64,000 nt of DNA from an uncultured delta proteobacterium. Lineage in GTDB: Bacteria > Desulfobacterota > Binatia > UBA9968. Shown here one piece after another: positions 39,518 through 49,134 of the stretch. A program made the position numbers and the translations under genes. Numbering within the stretch: the first letter of the stretch is position 1; every line of letters begins with the position of its first letter. Location of the stretch: contig CAVUZH010000013.1 of assembly GCA_963745835.1 (NCBI GenBank), positions 1-64,000 on the forward strand. Reading direction: 5' to 3'. The notes beneath the pieces were generated by a model. That model saw only the letters and a program-made list of their open reading frames with translations. It did not search any database and was not told the origin of the DNA.

Positions 39518-40618
39518 TTACGCCGCCAACACTCTGATTCTATCGGCCGGCATCTCCAGCCAAACGCTTTGTCCCCTTTCCAACGGCGCAACGTATGGGT
39601 TGGTGTCGGCGCGCACATGATATTGACCGACATCGATGTCATACTCGATACGATTACCGGTAAACACAACTGCCCGCACTTGACCCGCCAACACATTGAC
39701 GGGCGACCCGCAGGCTGCTGTATGGATCGATACCGCCTCGGGGCGAAACATGAGCGACACCCGTTGCCCTTGAAGGACCCCGTTCGGCAATGCGCAGCGC
39801 AGCTTTCCCACCGCGGTTTCGACGATTCCCCGCTCGCCGGCAGTCTCGTTATCTATGACCCGGCCCTCGAGCAGGTTGGTGGTGCCGACAAAGCCGGCGA
39901 CGAATAGATTGGCCGGCTCCTTGTAGATGTCCATGGGCGGACCGAGTTGTACAACCCGGCCACCATGCATCACCGCCATGCGGTGCGACAACACCAAGGC
40001 TTCCTCCTGATCATGAGTCACGTACAAGGCCGTCAGCTTCAATCTCTCGAATAGATTGCGGAGCTCGTGACGCATCTCCACCCGAAGCTTGGCGTCCAGA
40101 TTACTTAACGGCTCATCCATCAGGAGCAGTCGCGGTTCGGCCACTAGGGCGCGCGCAACCGCGACACGCTGCTGCTGTCCGCCGCTCAGCAACGAGGAAG
40201 GCCGAGCTGCCAAATCATCGAGTTGAACCAGATGCAGAATCTCCTTGACTCTCTTTTTCGTCTCGTTCCTCGGCAGCTTGCGCCGGCCGTGAACCAGCGG
40301 ATAGCCGACATTCTGCGCAACGGTCATATGCGGCCACACGGCATAAGACTGAAACACCATGCCGATTTCGCGTTCGTGAACCGGCACCATGATGCCCTTC
40401 TTACTCGAAAACACCGGCTTGTCGTCGATCCAGATTTCTCCGGAATCCGGCGTCTCGAGTCCGGCGATACACCTGAGAGTGGTTGTCTTACCGCAGCCGG
40501 AGGGTCCCAGTAGCGAAAAGAATTCTCCGGTTTTGACATCGAAGCTGACATCATGCACGGCCTGCACCTGGCCATCGCCCGTGACGAAAGTTCGTGTCAG
40601 TCCCTCTACCGTTAACAT
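39518..40618 (-). CDS. ABC transporter ATP-binding protein (FbpC/PotA-like)
   Basis: GPSGCGKT; LSGGQQQR; LMDEPLSNLD. Confidence 0.95.
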   Translation of the reverse strand: MLTVEGLTRTFVTGDGQVQAVHDVSFDVKTGEFFSLLGPSGCGKTTTLRCIAGLETPDSGEIWIDDKPVFSSKKGIMVPVHEREIGMVFQSYAVWPHMTVAQNVGYPLVHGRRKLPRNETKKRVKEILHLVQLDDLAARPSSLLSGGQQQRVAVARALVAEPRLLLMDEPLSNLDAKLRVEMRHELRNLFERLKLTALYVTHDQEEALVLSHRMAVMHGGRVVQLGPPMDIYKEPANLFVAGFVGTTNLLEGRVIDNETAGERGIVETAVGKLRCALPNGVLQGQRVSLMFRPEAVSIHTAACGSPVNVLAGQVRAVVFTGNRIEYDIDVGQYHVRADTNPYVAPLERGQSVWLEMPADRIRVLAA

Positions 40619-40637
40619 CGACGACGACTTCCCTTAG

Positions 40638-40763
40638 CAGCCTGCTGAAAAAGACCCATATGCTTCGTTGCTCTCCAATCGCCTCGCTGCAACGTACTGT
40701 TAAGTACGTCTCCGCTCGTCGATTTTTCGCGCGCCTCGCCTCTGGATCTTTTTGAGCAGCCTG
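40638..40763. mobile_element. ~125-bp MITE-like element
   Basis: CAGCCTGCTGAAAAA...TTTTTGAGCAGCCTG, with the internal CAACGTAC...GTACG hairpin shared with the other copies. Confidence 0.8.
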
Positions 40764-40782
40764 CAACCAGAGTTCAGGTGTG

Positions 40783-41916
40783 TTACGGCATCAACGGTTG
40801 CAGTGCCTTTCTGATCTTATCGCGTTGGCCGGCGAGCACCTCTTCGGGACTCCATTCCAGTACTTTGGCTTTGGGCAGGGCCTTTAGCGATTTGGCAAGC
40901 TCGGATCTTGGATCGACAAAGGTGCCCTCACCGTTGACGCGTTCGACGATCGGCAAGCCATCCTCGAGAATGAAAGCCAGATAGAGTAGCGCCAGATTGG
41001 GGCTCTTGGCGCCTTTGGGAATGGTGAGGCCGATCGAGCCGATCGCCATCACGTCTTCGAGGAGCTTGTTTTGTATCGGATAGCCCTCCTTGCGCAGACC
41101 TTCGGTGCCACCAATGTTTCCAGTGGCCGCGGCGACTTCGCCTAACGCCACGGCCATCCGCACATCACCGCTGCTTCTCTTGATCAGCGGCTTGTTGGCA
41201 AGCAGCATTTGCAGTACCTTCTTTTGCTTTTCTATGTCCCAGTGACCGCCGACGCCCATATCCGTGAGCGGGCTGGCGGGACCAATCGTATTAATGGCAA
41301 AATTTCCCTTCCATTTCGGATCGGCAAAACCTTTGCCTTCGGCAAATTCCTCATAGGTCTTCGGCAGGTCGTTGGCATTGGTTTTTTTCGTGTTGTAAAT
41401 GATGCCCGATACCAACGTCGTCACGTCAACCGAAAACGGCCGCTTCCATGCGGCCACATTGCGAAGAACTCCTTCGAGACCTTTGAATTTCGGGCTGAAT
41501 ATTTTAACCAGCGGTGTCTCGATATCCTCGAACAGCGCCAGCCGATCGGGCCGGCCCGCGATATCCGCCGCGCCGGCGTATAACAAATCGGCATCGATGC
41601 GGCCGACCCTCGCCTCGGTCAAGAATCTGAGCAAAGAATCCGGATTGGTCACGGGCGTAAGATGAACTCGCGGCATGAAACCGAACCGTTTCTTGAAGGC
41701 TGCTTCGAACTGCTCGCCGACTCCTCTCTCGCCCGGCACTTCCCACCACAGCCGCAACTCAGCCTCGCGCTTGGCCTTGTCGAGAACCTCTTCATAGGTC
41801 TTGCCGAACACTGATTGAGCCAGCACAACTTTTGTTGAAAGGGAAAGTAGCGCACCAATGAGCGCAAGAAATAATAACGAGAGAAACGTTTTACTTGGTC
41901 TATCGACCCTGTTCAT
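40783..41916 (-). CDS. ABC extracellular solute-binding protein
   Basis: Signal peptide; YNTKK...LPKTYEE...DPKWKG; AKSPNLALL. Confidence 0.88.
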   Translation of the reverse strand: MNRVDRPSKTFLSLLFLALIGALLSLSTKVVLAQSVFGKTYEEVLDKAKREAELRLWWEVPGERGVGEQFEAAFKKRFGFMPRVHLTPVTNPDSLLRFLTEARVGRIDADLLYAGAADIAGRPDRLALFEDIETPLVKIFSPKFKGLEGVLRNVAAWKRPFSVDVTTLVSGIIYNTKKTNANDLPKTYEEFAEGKGFADPKWKGNFAINTIGPASPLTDMGVGGHWDIEKQKKVLQMLLANKPLIKRSSGDVRMAVALGEVAAATGNIGGTEGLRKEGYPIQNKLLEDVMAIGSIGLTIPKGAKSPNLALLYLAFILEDGLPIVERVNGEGTFVDPRSELAKSLKALPKAKVLEWSPEEVLAGQRDKIRKALQPLMP

Positions 41917-41957
41917 GTCAAACTCCTTTCGAATTTTCAGCCGCACCGGCATATCTA

Positions 41958-43682
41958 TTAGAGATCTTCCCAGCCGGCTTTTTTTCTTTGTCGTTTGTCG
42001 AAGTAGCGCGCGGCCATGGTAACGAAAAAGAATCCGCACATATAAAGCGTTCCAAGCGCCGCGGTACCGGATATATCAGGAACATTCCACAAAACCCACA
42101 TGGCCGACGGTAGAATCATGTTACGCCCAGTCATCAGAAAAATCGCGAAAGTAAAATCGCGCAAAGTCGCGGAAAACGCCCAGAGCCACCCGTTTAGCAA
42201 CGCCGGAAAGAGCAGGGGCAGTGTCACCGTCCGGACGGCGCGGACGGTCGTCGCGCCGGTGACTCTCGCCGCTTCCTCGAGTTCCTTGTGTTGCTGCAAA
42301 AGAGCCGCGCTGAGAACGCGGGTAGTAAACGGCAGATGAGCAACGATATGCGCCATAATCAAAACCCAGATACTGCCGTGAATCGGCGTCATGACGTAGG
42401 TTAAAAATACTGCCAGCGCCAGCACTACGTTGGGAATCCCCATGGGTGTCATGGCGAATATCTCCACCCAGCGCATTTTGCGCTTCACCGAAAACCAACT
42501 GGCACAAAAAGCGATAAGCACCGACACTGTTGGGGCGATAACAACAAGGATCAGCGTATTGACCGCGCTCTGCCGCACTTGAGGATTCGTAAGTGTTCGA
42601 AAATAGCTCTGCAAACTGATCTGGCTCAGCGCTTCGAGAGAGGGCGGCTGATAAACTTTGACAAGGCTCGCCCACATCAAGATGAAAATCGGCAAAGCAT
42701 AAGAAACAATCACCAGCATAACGAATCCCAAGGCAATATATTTCCAGGGACCTAACTTGAGCTGGCGCGGACGAAAAGATTTGCCCGTAACCACGCTAAA
42801 CCTGTCCTGTTGGCGCGTTAGCCAAAAGTAAAGAAGCATCAGCAACAGGGCGAGCAGCAGCAAAACCACACCGAAGGCCGCGGCCAAGCCGTACATCGGT
42901 AAACCGTCTTCCGCTTTGGTGAGCAGATAGATGTGCACGCTCAGCACTCGTATGCCGCCAGGCACTCCGATGGCAAGGGCGGTCTCCATAACCTGTACCA
43001 GAACCATTCCGAAATAGATTAACGCCGACAAAATACCCGGCAGGAGCAGCGGCAGAGTGATCTTGCGCAAAACCGTAAGGCGCCGGCTGCCGGCCGTCTG
43101 CGCCGCCTCCTCGAACTCCGGATTCATCTGTCTGAACACCGGGCTGAGCATCAAAAAGGCATTGTTGCTGAGCCCGATACCGGTGACAAAGATCATCGCC
43201 GGCATCGTGTAGATGTTCAGTGGACCGCTGGGAGCTTGGAGACCGAGCCCACTGCGCAGAAGATGATTGATCCAGCCAAGGCCGGGCGACAGCAGGAGTA
43301 CCCAACCAAAAGCTTTCAACATGGTGGGAACCGCAAGCGATACCAGCATCGCGGTGTAGATTACCGAGCGAAACGGAATGTCGGTCCGCTCAACCAGAAA
43401 CGCAATCGTCGCACCCAAGCTCAGAGATAAGACAAGCGCGCCACCGCCATAGATCGCAGTATTAACCAAGACCTGAAACATTCGCGGACTTGAGAAAATC
43501 GCCCCGAAGTTGTCCAGCGAAACGCCAGGATCCAGAGGGAGCGCCGTTGGCGGTCGAAGGCTTGTAATGAATAAAATAACCAGTGGCGCACCAAGCAGCA
43601 CCAGCACGATAGCCGCTATCACTGCCGTGAGCAGACGCCCCTGCGTTCTTGAAGTTCCTCTGCTTTGCACAAACGCGTTCAT
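41958..43682 (-). CDS. ABC transporter permease (FbpB-like, two TM domains)
   Basis: Two EAA loops: FEEAAQTAG and LEEAARVTGA. Confidence 0.93.
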   Translation of the reverse strand: MNAFVQSRGTSRTQGRLLTAVIAAIVLVLLGAPLVILFITSLRPPTALPLDPGVSLDNFGAIFSSPRMFQVLVNTAIYGGGALVLSLSLGATIAFLVERTDIPFRSVIYTAMLVSLAVPTMLKAFGWVLLLSPGLGWINHLLRSGLGLQAPSGPLNIYTMPAMIFVTGIGLSNNAFLMLSPVFRQMNPEFEEAAQTAGSRRLTVLRKITLPLLLPGILSALIYFGMVLVQVMETALAIGVPGGIRVLSVHIYLLTKAEDGLPMYGLAAAFGVVLLLLALLLMLLYFWLTRQQDRFSVVTGKSFRPRQLKLGPWKYIALGFVMLVIVSYALPIFILMWASLVKVYQPPSLEALSQISLQSYFRTLTNPQVRQSAVNTLILVVIAPTVSVLIAFCASWFSVKRKMRWVEIFAMTPMGIPNVVLALAVFLTYVMTPIHGSIWVLIMAHIVAHLPFTTRVLSAALLQQHKELEEAARVTGATTVRAVRTVTLPLLFPALLNGWLWAFSATLRDFTFAIFLMTGRNMILPSAMWVLWNVPDISGTAALGTLYMCGFFFVTMAARYFDKRQRKKAGWEDL

Positions 43683-43859
43683 GTATTTGTTCTAATCACC
43701 TCAGGCGATATCAGTCTTTATCGCTTTTGAAAATAGTTACGGAGAATCGTGACTAAAACTGGCTGAAGTCCCTAGCAAGGAAGTAGGGACGATGGAGGTC
43801 CGAGATTGAGAGTTCGACGTTAAGCGCCGAGCTCCGTCAGCCGTTGACGATCGCAGCCG

Positions 43860-43937
43860 CTCAAACGTTCAATAGTTTCAACGTTCAACGACAGCGGGCA
43901 CACTTCGAGATTGGAGAAATCCCGAAAGCTCGAGACG
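43860..43937 (+). repeat. Short GTTCAA tract plus degenerate site A
   Basis: CAAACGTTCAATAGTTTCAACGTTCAACGACAG...GAGAAATCCCGAAAGCTCGAGA. Confidence 0.55.
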
Positions 43938-43989
43938 AAGGCTGGCACCTAGCTCTGTGATTTACGCTTCGCTAGCCTGCAGGCACCGG

Positions 43990-45057
43990 CTATGAGCCTG
44001 CGATTTTTCTGAAATTTTCTACCAGCTCGTTGTATTTTCGACCCCATTCCAGCTGCGGCACGATGTGGAGTTGTCCTGGCGATTCTTGCAGCCAGCGGAC
44101 GTCCTTGTGTACCGTCCAATAGCCTAACTTCTGCGCCAGAATCTCCTGCGCTTCTTTGGAGAGATAAAAATCGGTCAGCAGAGCTGCCGCATGGGGATGT
44201 GGAGCCTTAGAGGCGATACCCAGCGCGGACGGCGGCTTGACGATCGTTGGATTCGTGAAAGCCAGTTCGACGGGTGCTTTCGCGGCTTTAAGTTGAACGG
44301 CATTTTGGACATAACCATCGACAAACAGATCATGCTCGCCGGCAGCCACCAGCTGGCTGATCAGCGTATGACCCCGCTTGAAAGCAAGAGCCTGCTCCTC
44401 CACAAGCCTTTTGAGAAGCTCGGCGGCTTTGCTCTCACCCATGACCCCGATCATTCCGGCAAAGATGTCGTACTCTTCCCGATCCATCACCAATCTTCCC
44501 TTCCATCTAGGATGTACGAGATCCTGGAAAGAGCGTGGAACTTCAGCGGCCTTGACGTTGTGAGTGTTGTAGATGAACGCGTAACCGGTTGAGTAAAGAC
44601 TGGAGACGTATCCTTCTTTATCGGCGAAACCCGAGCGCATAACGCTCGCCATGGGACTGGTGTATTTCGCGACGACCTTTTTATCGATCAACTCCGGAAA
44701 CAAGGTTCCCCGGATCGAAATCAGATCGGCGTTGTTCAAACCGGCTTGATACTCGGTGCTCAAACGGCTTACCAGCGACGGGGCTCCGAGCCTGGTGTAG
44801 CGGACCTCGATAAATGGATAGTGTTTATTGAATGCTCTGATGACATCTTGCGAATTGCTTACCGGAGCCGAGCCATAAAAGGACAGGAGACGTTCTTTTC
44901 GCGCTCCGTCAGTCAATATCCTGAGCCGTTCTTCGGCGGGTTTGCGGTTAAGTTCCGCCAATAGCGCCTCGACGTCACCATGGGCTCGAAACGGAATCGA
45001 TAGGACCGCCAAAATGAAAAAGGCTAGGGAATTGATCCTGGATGATTTAATGGTCAT
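43990..45057 (-). CDS. ABC extracellular solute-binding protein
   Basis: GARKERLLSFYGS; PRSFQDLVHPRWKG; APHPHAAALL. Confidence 0.9.
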   Translation of the reverse strand: MTIKSSRINSLAFFILAVLSIPFRAHGDVEALLAELNRKPAEERLRILTDGARKERLLSFYGSAPVSNSQDVIRAFNKHYPFIEVRYTRLGAPSLVSRLSTEYQAGLNNADLISIRGTLFPELIDKKVVAKYTSPMASVMRSGFADKEGYVSSLYSTGYAFIYNTHNVKAAEVPRSFQDLVHPRWKGRLVMDREEYDIFAGMIGVMGESKAAELLKRLVEEQALAFKRGHTLISQLVAAGEHDLFVDGYVQNAVQLKAAKAPVELAFTNPTIVKPPSALGIASKAPHPHAAALLTDFYLSKEAQEILAQKLGYWTVHKDVRWLQESPGQLHIVPQLEWGRKYNELVENFRKIAGS

Positions 45058-45079
45058 GGCCTCGCTCCTTCCGACCAGA

Positions 45080-45718
45080 TCACCGAATTGCTTCATCGAT
45101 CATGCCTAATACCTGATCCGTGGTCCTGACCCGCGACATACGGGGGAAGATGAAATCCATGAGCGTGTCATGTGCTAGTTGGTTGTGGTTGGTCGCGCAC
45201 GCGTCACGAACGACGATCATATTGTAATCCATGTCTCTGCCGGCAAAAACTGTCGCTGCCACGCCCACGTCTGTCGAGCCGCCGGAAATGATCAGAGTAT
45301 CTATCTTCCTCGCGCGCAGAGCCAGATCGAGATACGTCTGGTAGAAGGCGCTCCAACGGTGTTTGGGAATATGATAGTCGCTCTGGTTAGGTTCAAGCTC
45401 CGGAATGACCTCCGAGCCGCTCCTCCCCTCTATCGCAGCCGGCAGGACCATGGTGACAATTCCCTCGGGCCACGGTTTCAAGGGGATGTTGGTGTCGGTT
45501 TTGAGCAGAACCGTCGTGCCTTCGTCTTCACGATGACTGCCCTTTGCAAAGAAAATCGGCATACCTACTTTCCGAGCTGTTTTCATCAAACGCACGGCGT
45601 TGTCTACCATGGGCTTTTTCTTCTGCTTAGCCGCGTCGCTCGCCTCGTGATAGTAGCCGTTCAAGACATCAAAAAAGATCAGACCGGTTTTTTCTATTTC
45701 GATCGTATGCAAGTCCAT
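45080..45718 (-). CDS. Isochorismatase/cysteine hydrolase family protein
   Basis: LIFFDVLN; KHRWSAFYQT; SGGSTDVGV; VVRDACA. Confidence 0.9.
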   Translation of the reverse strand: MDLHTIEIEKTGLIFFDVLNGYYHEASDAAKQKKKPMVDNAVRLMKTARKVGMPIFFAKGSHREDEGTTVLLKTDTNIPLKPWPEGIVTMVLPAAIEGRSGSEVIPELEPNQSDYHIPKHRWSAFYQTYLDLALRARKIDTLIISGGSTDVGVAATVFAGRDMDYNMIVVRDACATNHNQLAHDTLMDFIFPRMSRVRTTDQVLGMIDEAIR

Positions 45719-45858
45719 CGGCGACCTCCAATCTATGCTCCACTGCGCTACAATAAACCAAAGCCCCGTTCAAACGTTCAACAGTTCAAGCGTTCAACGA
45801 AAGAGGGAAGGTTGGTTTCGAGATATGCCCAAACGCACATCATCATCACAGCAATTTC

Positions 45859-46407
45859 CTACGGGGGGAGAACCGGCCGGCCCGGCGGCGTTTCAACCTC
45901 GAAGGCGTTGAGCGAGCATGCAAGCCCCACATAGGCGCCGAGGATGCCGGTCAACTCGACCAATCGATGAACACCGATGCGCTCTCTTAGCGCATCGCAC
46001 GTCGCAGGCGTTATCCGGTGCGGCGGCCGGAGAAGCTCCTGGACATAACCTACCACCTCCGCCTCGCGTTCAGTGAGTCCGGCCGGCGCCTTGCGATTCT
46101 GAATGATCTTGATGCATTCTTGCCGAACTCCCGCTTTGAGCGCCTCATCCGCATGCGCAGCCCACTCGAAGGCGCAGTCCATCTCTCGCGCCACGGTACA
46201 GATCGCCAGCTCCTTTACATCCTGGGGAAAATCCGTGCTGAAAAGCGCATACGCGATCAGGTGCGCGGTCCGCGCCGCCAGGTCGGGAGCATGAAGGAGG
46301 TAATTATAGGGAGCGCCGATTGCCTTTCGGCTGGCGATAATCGAATCGTAGAATTCCCGCTGGTGTTCCGGAAGTTCATTTCGATTGGTGATCTCGGGTA
46401 CTCTCAC
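45859..46407 (-). CDS. Carboxymuconolactone decarboxylase/AhpD family protein
   Basis: LLHAPDLA; KELAICTVAR...FEWAAH; LVELTGILGAY. Confidence 0.88.
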   Translation of the reverse strand: MRVPEITNRNELPEHQREFYDSIIASRKAIGAPYNYLLHAPDLAARTAHLIAYALFSTDFPQDVKELAICTVAREMDCAFEWAAHADEALKAGVRQECIKIIQNRKAPAGLTEREAEVVGYVQELLRPPHRITPATCDALRERIGVHRLVELTGILGAYVGLACSLNAFEVETPPGRPVLPP

Positions 46408-46551
46408 GATTGCCTCCTCCAATGACGCCAGGTCGGATAAACATCGGCCTTCTTTTTCTTGGCGCCTTTGCACCGACATTCGGCACTGCTTGTCCTTCGC
46501 GGCTCCTTCGAAAATTTCGGCTAAGGTGAAGAGATGCGACTACCCAAGATC

Positions 46552-46627
46552 GTTACCCCCGAATGTTTTAATCGGGGGTCCAGTCTGAATTCCGCCTGGA
46601 TTCCCGCTGGAAGCATGCGGGAATGAC
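46552..46627. repeat. REP-like double-hairpin element
   Basis: ACCCCCGA..TCGGGGGT followed by ATTCCCGC-9 nt-GCGGGAAT; intergenic. Confidence 0.6.
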
Positions 46628-46727
46628 AGACTCGTTAGAGAATTAGGGCCTGAAGGACGTACTCTATTTTGATTCTGTGTGCGCGGGTGTAAACTCATGA
46701 AACACTTCGTGGTGAGTCCCGCATTTC

Positions 46728-47933
46728 CTAAATCAGCAACTGCATCGCCGTCGCGGCGTAAATCTTTGCCGCATCGCGAACGTCTTTTAGAGGGACGGCC
46801 TCTTGATCCGTGTGCGCAAAGCGCAAATCGCCGGGACCGAACATAATCGTCTCGATGCCGTTGCGATTGAGAAATCCGGCGTCCAGAGCGGCGGGCGAAT
46901 AAAACAATTCGGATTCCTTCTTGGTCAACTCGCGACTGGCCCTATCGATTGCCGCCACGATGGCGGCGTCTCCGGCAACCTCGGCGGGATACATGAAAGC
47001 GCCGCGCCTGACCGCGACGGAATAGCCGTGCAAGTCCCGGAGCGCTTCTTGAATTTCTCGAAACGCCGCATCAGGATCCTCACCGGGTAACAGCCTGCGA
47101 TCGAGCACGGCGCGGCAAACATCCGGGATCGTATGGCTTATGTCCGGTCCGCTGGTGACTTGTGTCACCGTCAAGGTGGCGTTGCCGAGACCGCGATGGC
47201 CGGCCTTGAGCGGCAGTCGATCCAACCGTTCCATCACCCGGCGAAATCCGTCTACGGCGTTGATACCTTCTTCGGGCATGCTGCTGTGGGCCGACTTACC
47301 CCGTACGATGATTTCGACATCGATCCGGCCCTTGTTGCCGAGGCAGATTCGATTGCTCGTTCCCAGACCGATGATGGCAGAGTGTGCGCTGATGGAATCA
47401 TTTTTTAAAATAAATTTTGCCGCGTCGTGACGGCCGGTCTCGCCCGCCAAGCTCACCGCGATAATTAGCGGCGCGCGCAAGTTTAATTGTGACCGCGCTA
47501 CAAGCGCCGCAGCGTAGATCATTGCCGCCAGCGCTCCCTTTTGTTCGCATGCGCCTCGTCCGAGAGCGCACTTCGCCGCCGCACCGAACGCCTCACCGTC
47601 TACGAACGCGCCGGAGAACGGTTGTTTCATCGAAGCGGCCGGAAAGGTCATGGCGTAGCCCATCAGCAGCAATCCCTTGCTGGTTTCATCGCTCGCGCCG
47701 CCCAGGCGCCAGACCAAGTTGCCCATGGCATCGATTGCGCCGGCGCTTCCGGTCAACTCCGCCAAACGCGGCGCGACCATTTCTGCGATAAACTTTTTTA
47801 CTTGAGGGTCGTCTTCGAGCCGCTCGGTCTGCGGAGAGGGATAACGCAGCAGATCGACAAGCAGCTGGTCGATCTCTTTGTCACTGGCAACTTGATCGAC
47901 GGCAGTGAATGCTTGCGCGGAAGTCATCGTCAT
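46728..47933 (-). CDS. M20 (ArgE/DapE-like) metallohydrolase
   Basis: GRGACEQKG; GEETG-like motif (GETG); GKSAHSSMPEEGINA; FGPG...AHTDQE. Confidence 0.88.
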   Translation of the reverse strand: MTMTSAQAFTAVDQVASDKEIDQLLVDLLRYPSPQTERLEDDPQVKKFIAEMVAPRLAELTGSAGAIDAMGNLVWRLGGASDETSKGLLLMGYAMTFPAASMKQPFSGAFVDGEAFGAAAKCALGRGACEQKGALAAMIYAAALVARSQLNLRAPLIIAVSLAGETGRHDAAKFILKNDSISAHSAIIGLGTSNRICLGNKGRIDVEIIVRGKSAHSSMPEEGINAVDGFRRVMERLDRLPLKAGHRGLGNATLTVTQVTSGPDISHTIPDVCRAVLDRRLLPGEDPDAAFREIQEALRDLHGYSVAVRRGAFMYPAEVAGDAAIVAAIDRASRELTKKESELFYSPAALDAGFLNRNGIETIMFGPGDLRFAHTDQEAVPLKDVRDAAKIYAATAMQLLI

Positions 47934-47952
47934 CGGCGCCTGCGATGCGCGA

Positions 47953-49125
47953 TCACCAGGCTTGCTCCAACACTTCGAGCACTTGCTCCGTGGCGGTCAC
48001 CGGCTTGGGATTGGTGTGAATGCTGTAATCATCCAGAGCATCGCCGGCGAGCTGTCTGAGACCCTCGCGCGGCACGCCCAGCTCACGCAGCCTGAGCGGC
48101 AGACCCATCCTTCGGTTCATGGTAAAAACATGCTCAGGAACGGCGGTGGCCAGAGCGTTTTCATCTACGCCTTCGATGCCGATCTCTCGGGCCATACGCG
48201 CGTGCGCCTCTACCGTACCATCGAGATTCCAGCGCATGGCGTAGGGCAGCATTAGAGCATGGATCTCGGCGTGGGGCGCTTTATAGCGACCGCCGATCAC
48301 GTGAACAATCGCATGATGAATACCGGTCCAAGCGCTGTAAACCCCCATGCCGGAAAGACAGGCTGCCACCTGAAGGTGACTCAACGCTTCGAGGTCCCGG
48401 GAATTTTCCACGGCGCGCGGCAGGTAACGCGCGATTAGCCCGATACCCCTGAGACAGTAAGCGTCGGTAAGCGGCTGCGTTTCGGTTGAGTACACCGCTT
48501 CGACGCAATGGGCCAATGCGTTCATTCCCGAGGCTGCGAGCAATCTTGCCGGCGCGGTCGCCGCCGCTTCGGGATCGAGAATTACCACGCGCGGGGCAAG
48601 TTTAGGGTCGGCGACGATATACTTTTTGCCGCCTTCGCTGATACCCGCCGAGTAACTGTACTCTCCGCCGGACAGTGTCGTGGGGATCGCGATATGCGGC
48701 AGCTTCGGCGCCGGCATGGGCGGGACTTCTTTCTTGTTAGGCGGCGTAAAGCGCACGCCCAAGCGCGGCAAAGAGCCGCCTTCGGCCAGTAAAGCCGCGA
48801 CCCCCTTGGCGCTATCGATGGCGCTTCCGCCACCCGCACTGACCAGCACATCGATGGCTGCCTGGCGCGCGCTCTCGACCGCTTTGGCAATCGACTCTGT
48901 CGGCGAATGCGGTTTGACCTGATCGAAAACCGCGACGCATTTCGCTCCGAGTCCGGACTTGATGCGATCGAGCAAGAACGTTTTGGCGACTGACGGCGAG
49001 ATCACGAGCATTGCGCGTGTTCCGCCAAGCCCGTCGATCTCACCGGATAATTTTTCAATCGATCCCGGCCCGGAAACGATGCGCTCGACCCGCGGATTGT
49101 TAAAAATAAAAGTTGAAGCCGCCAT
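47953..49125 (-). CDS. Iron-containing alcohol dehydrogenase / maleylacetate reductase-like
   Basis: GGGSAIDSAK; IPTTLSGGE; NALAHCVEA; HHAIVH; PHA. Confidence 0.92.
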   Translation of the reverse strand: MAASTFIFNNPRVERIVSGPGSIEKLSGEIDGLGGTRAMLVISPSVAKTFLLDRIKSGLGAKCVAVFDQVKPHSPTESIAKAVESARQAAIDVLVSAGGGSAIDSAKGVAALLAEGGSLPRLGVRFTPPNKKEVPPMPAPKLPHIAIPTTLSGGEYSYSAGISEGGKKYIVADPKLAPRVVILDPEAAATAPARLLAASGMNALAHCVEAVYSTETQPLTDAYCLRGIGLIARYLPRAVENSRDLEALSHLQVAACLSGMGVYSAWTGIHHAIVHVIGGRYKAPHAEIHALMLPYAMRWNLDGTVEAHARMAREIGIEGVDENALATAVPEHVFTMNRRMGLPLRLRELGVPREGLRQLAGDALDDYSIHTNPKPVTATEQVLEVLEQAW

Positions 49126-49134
49126 TTTGCCCGC

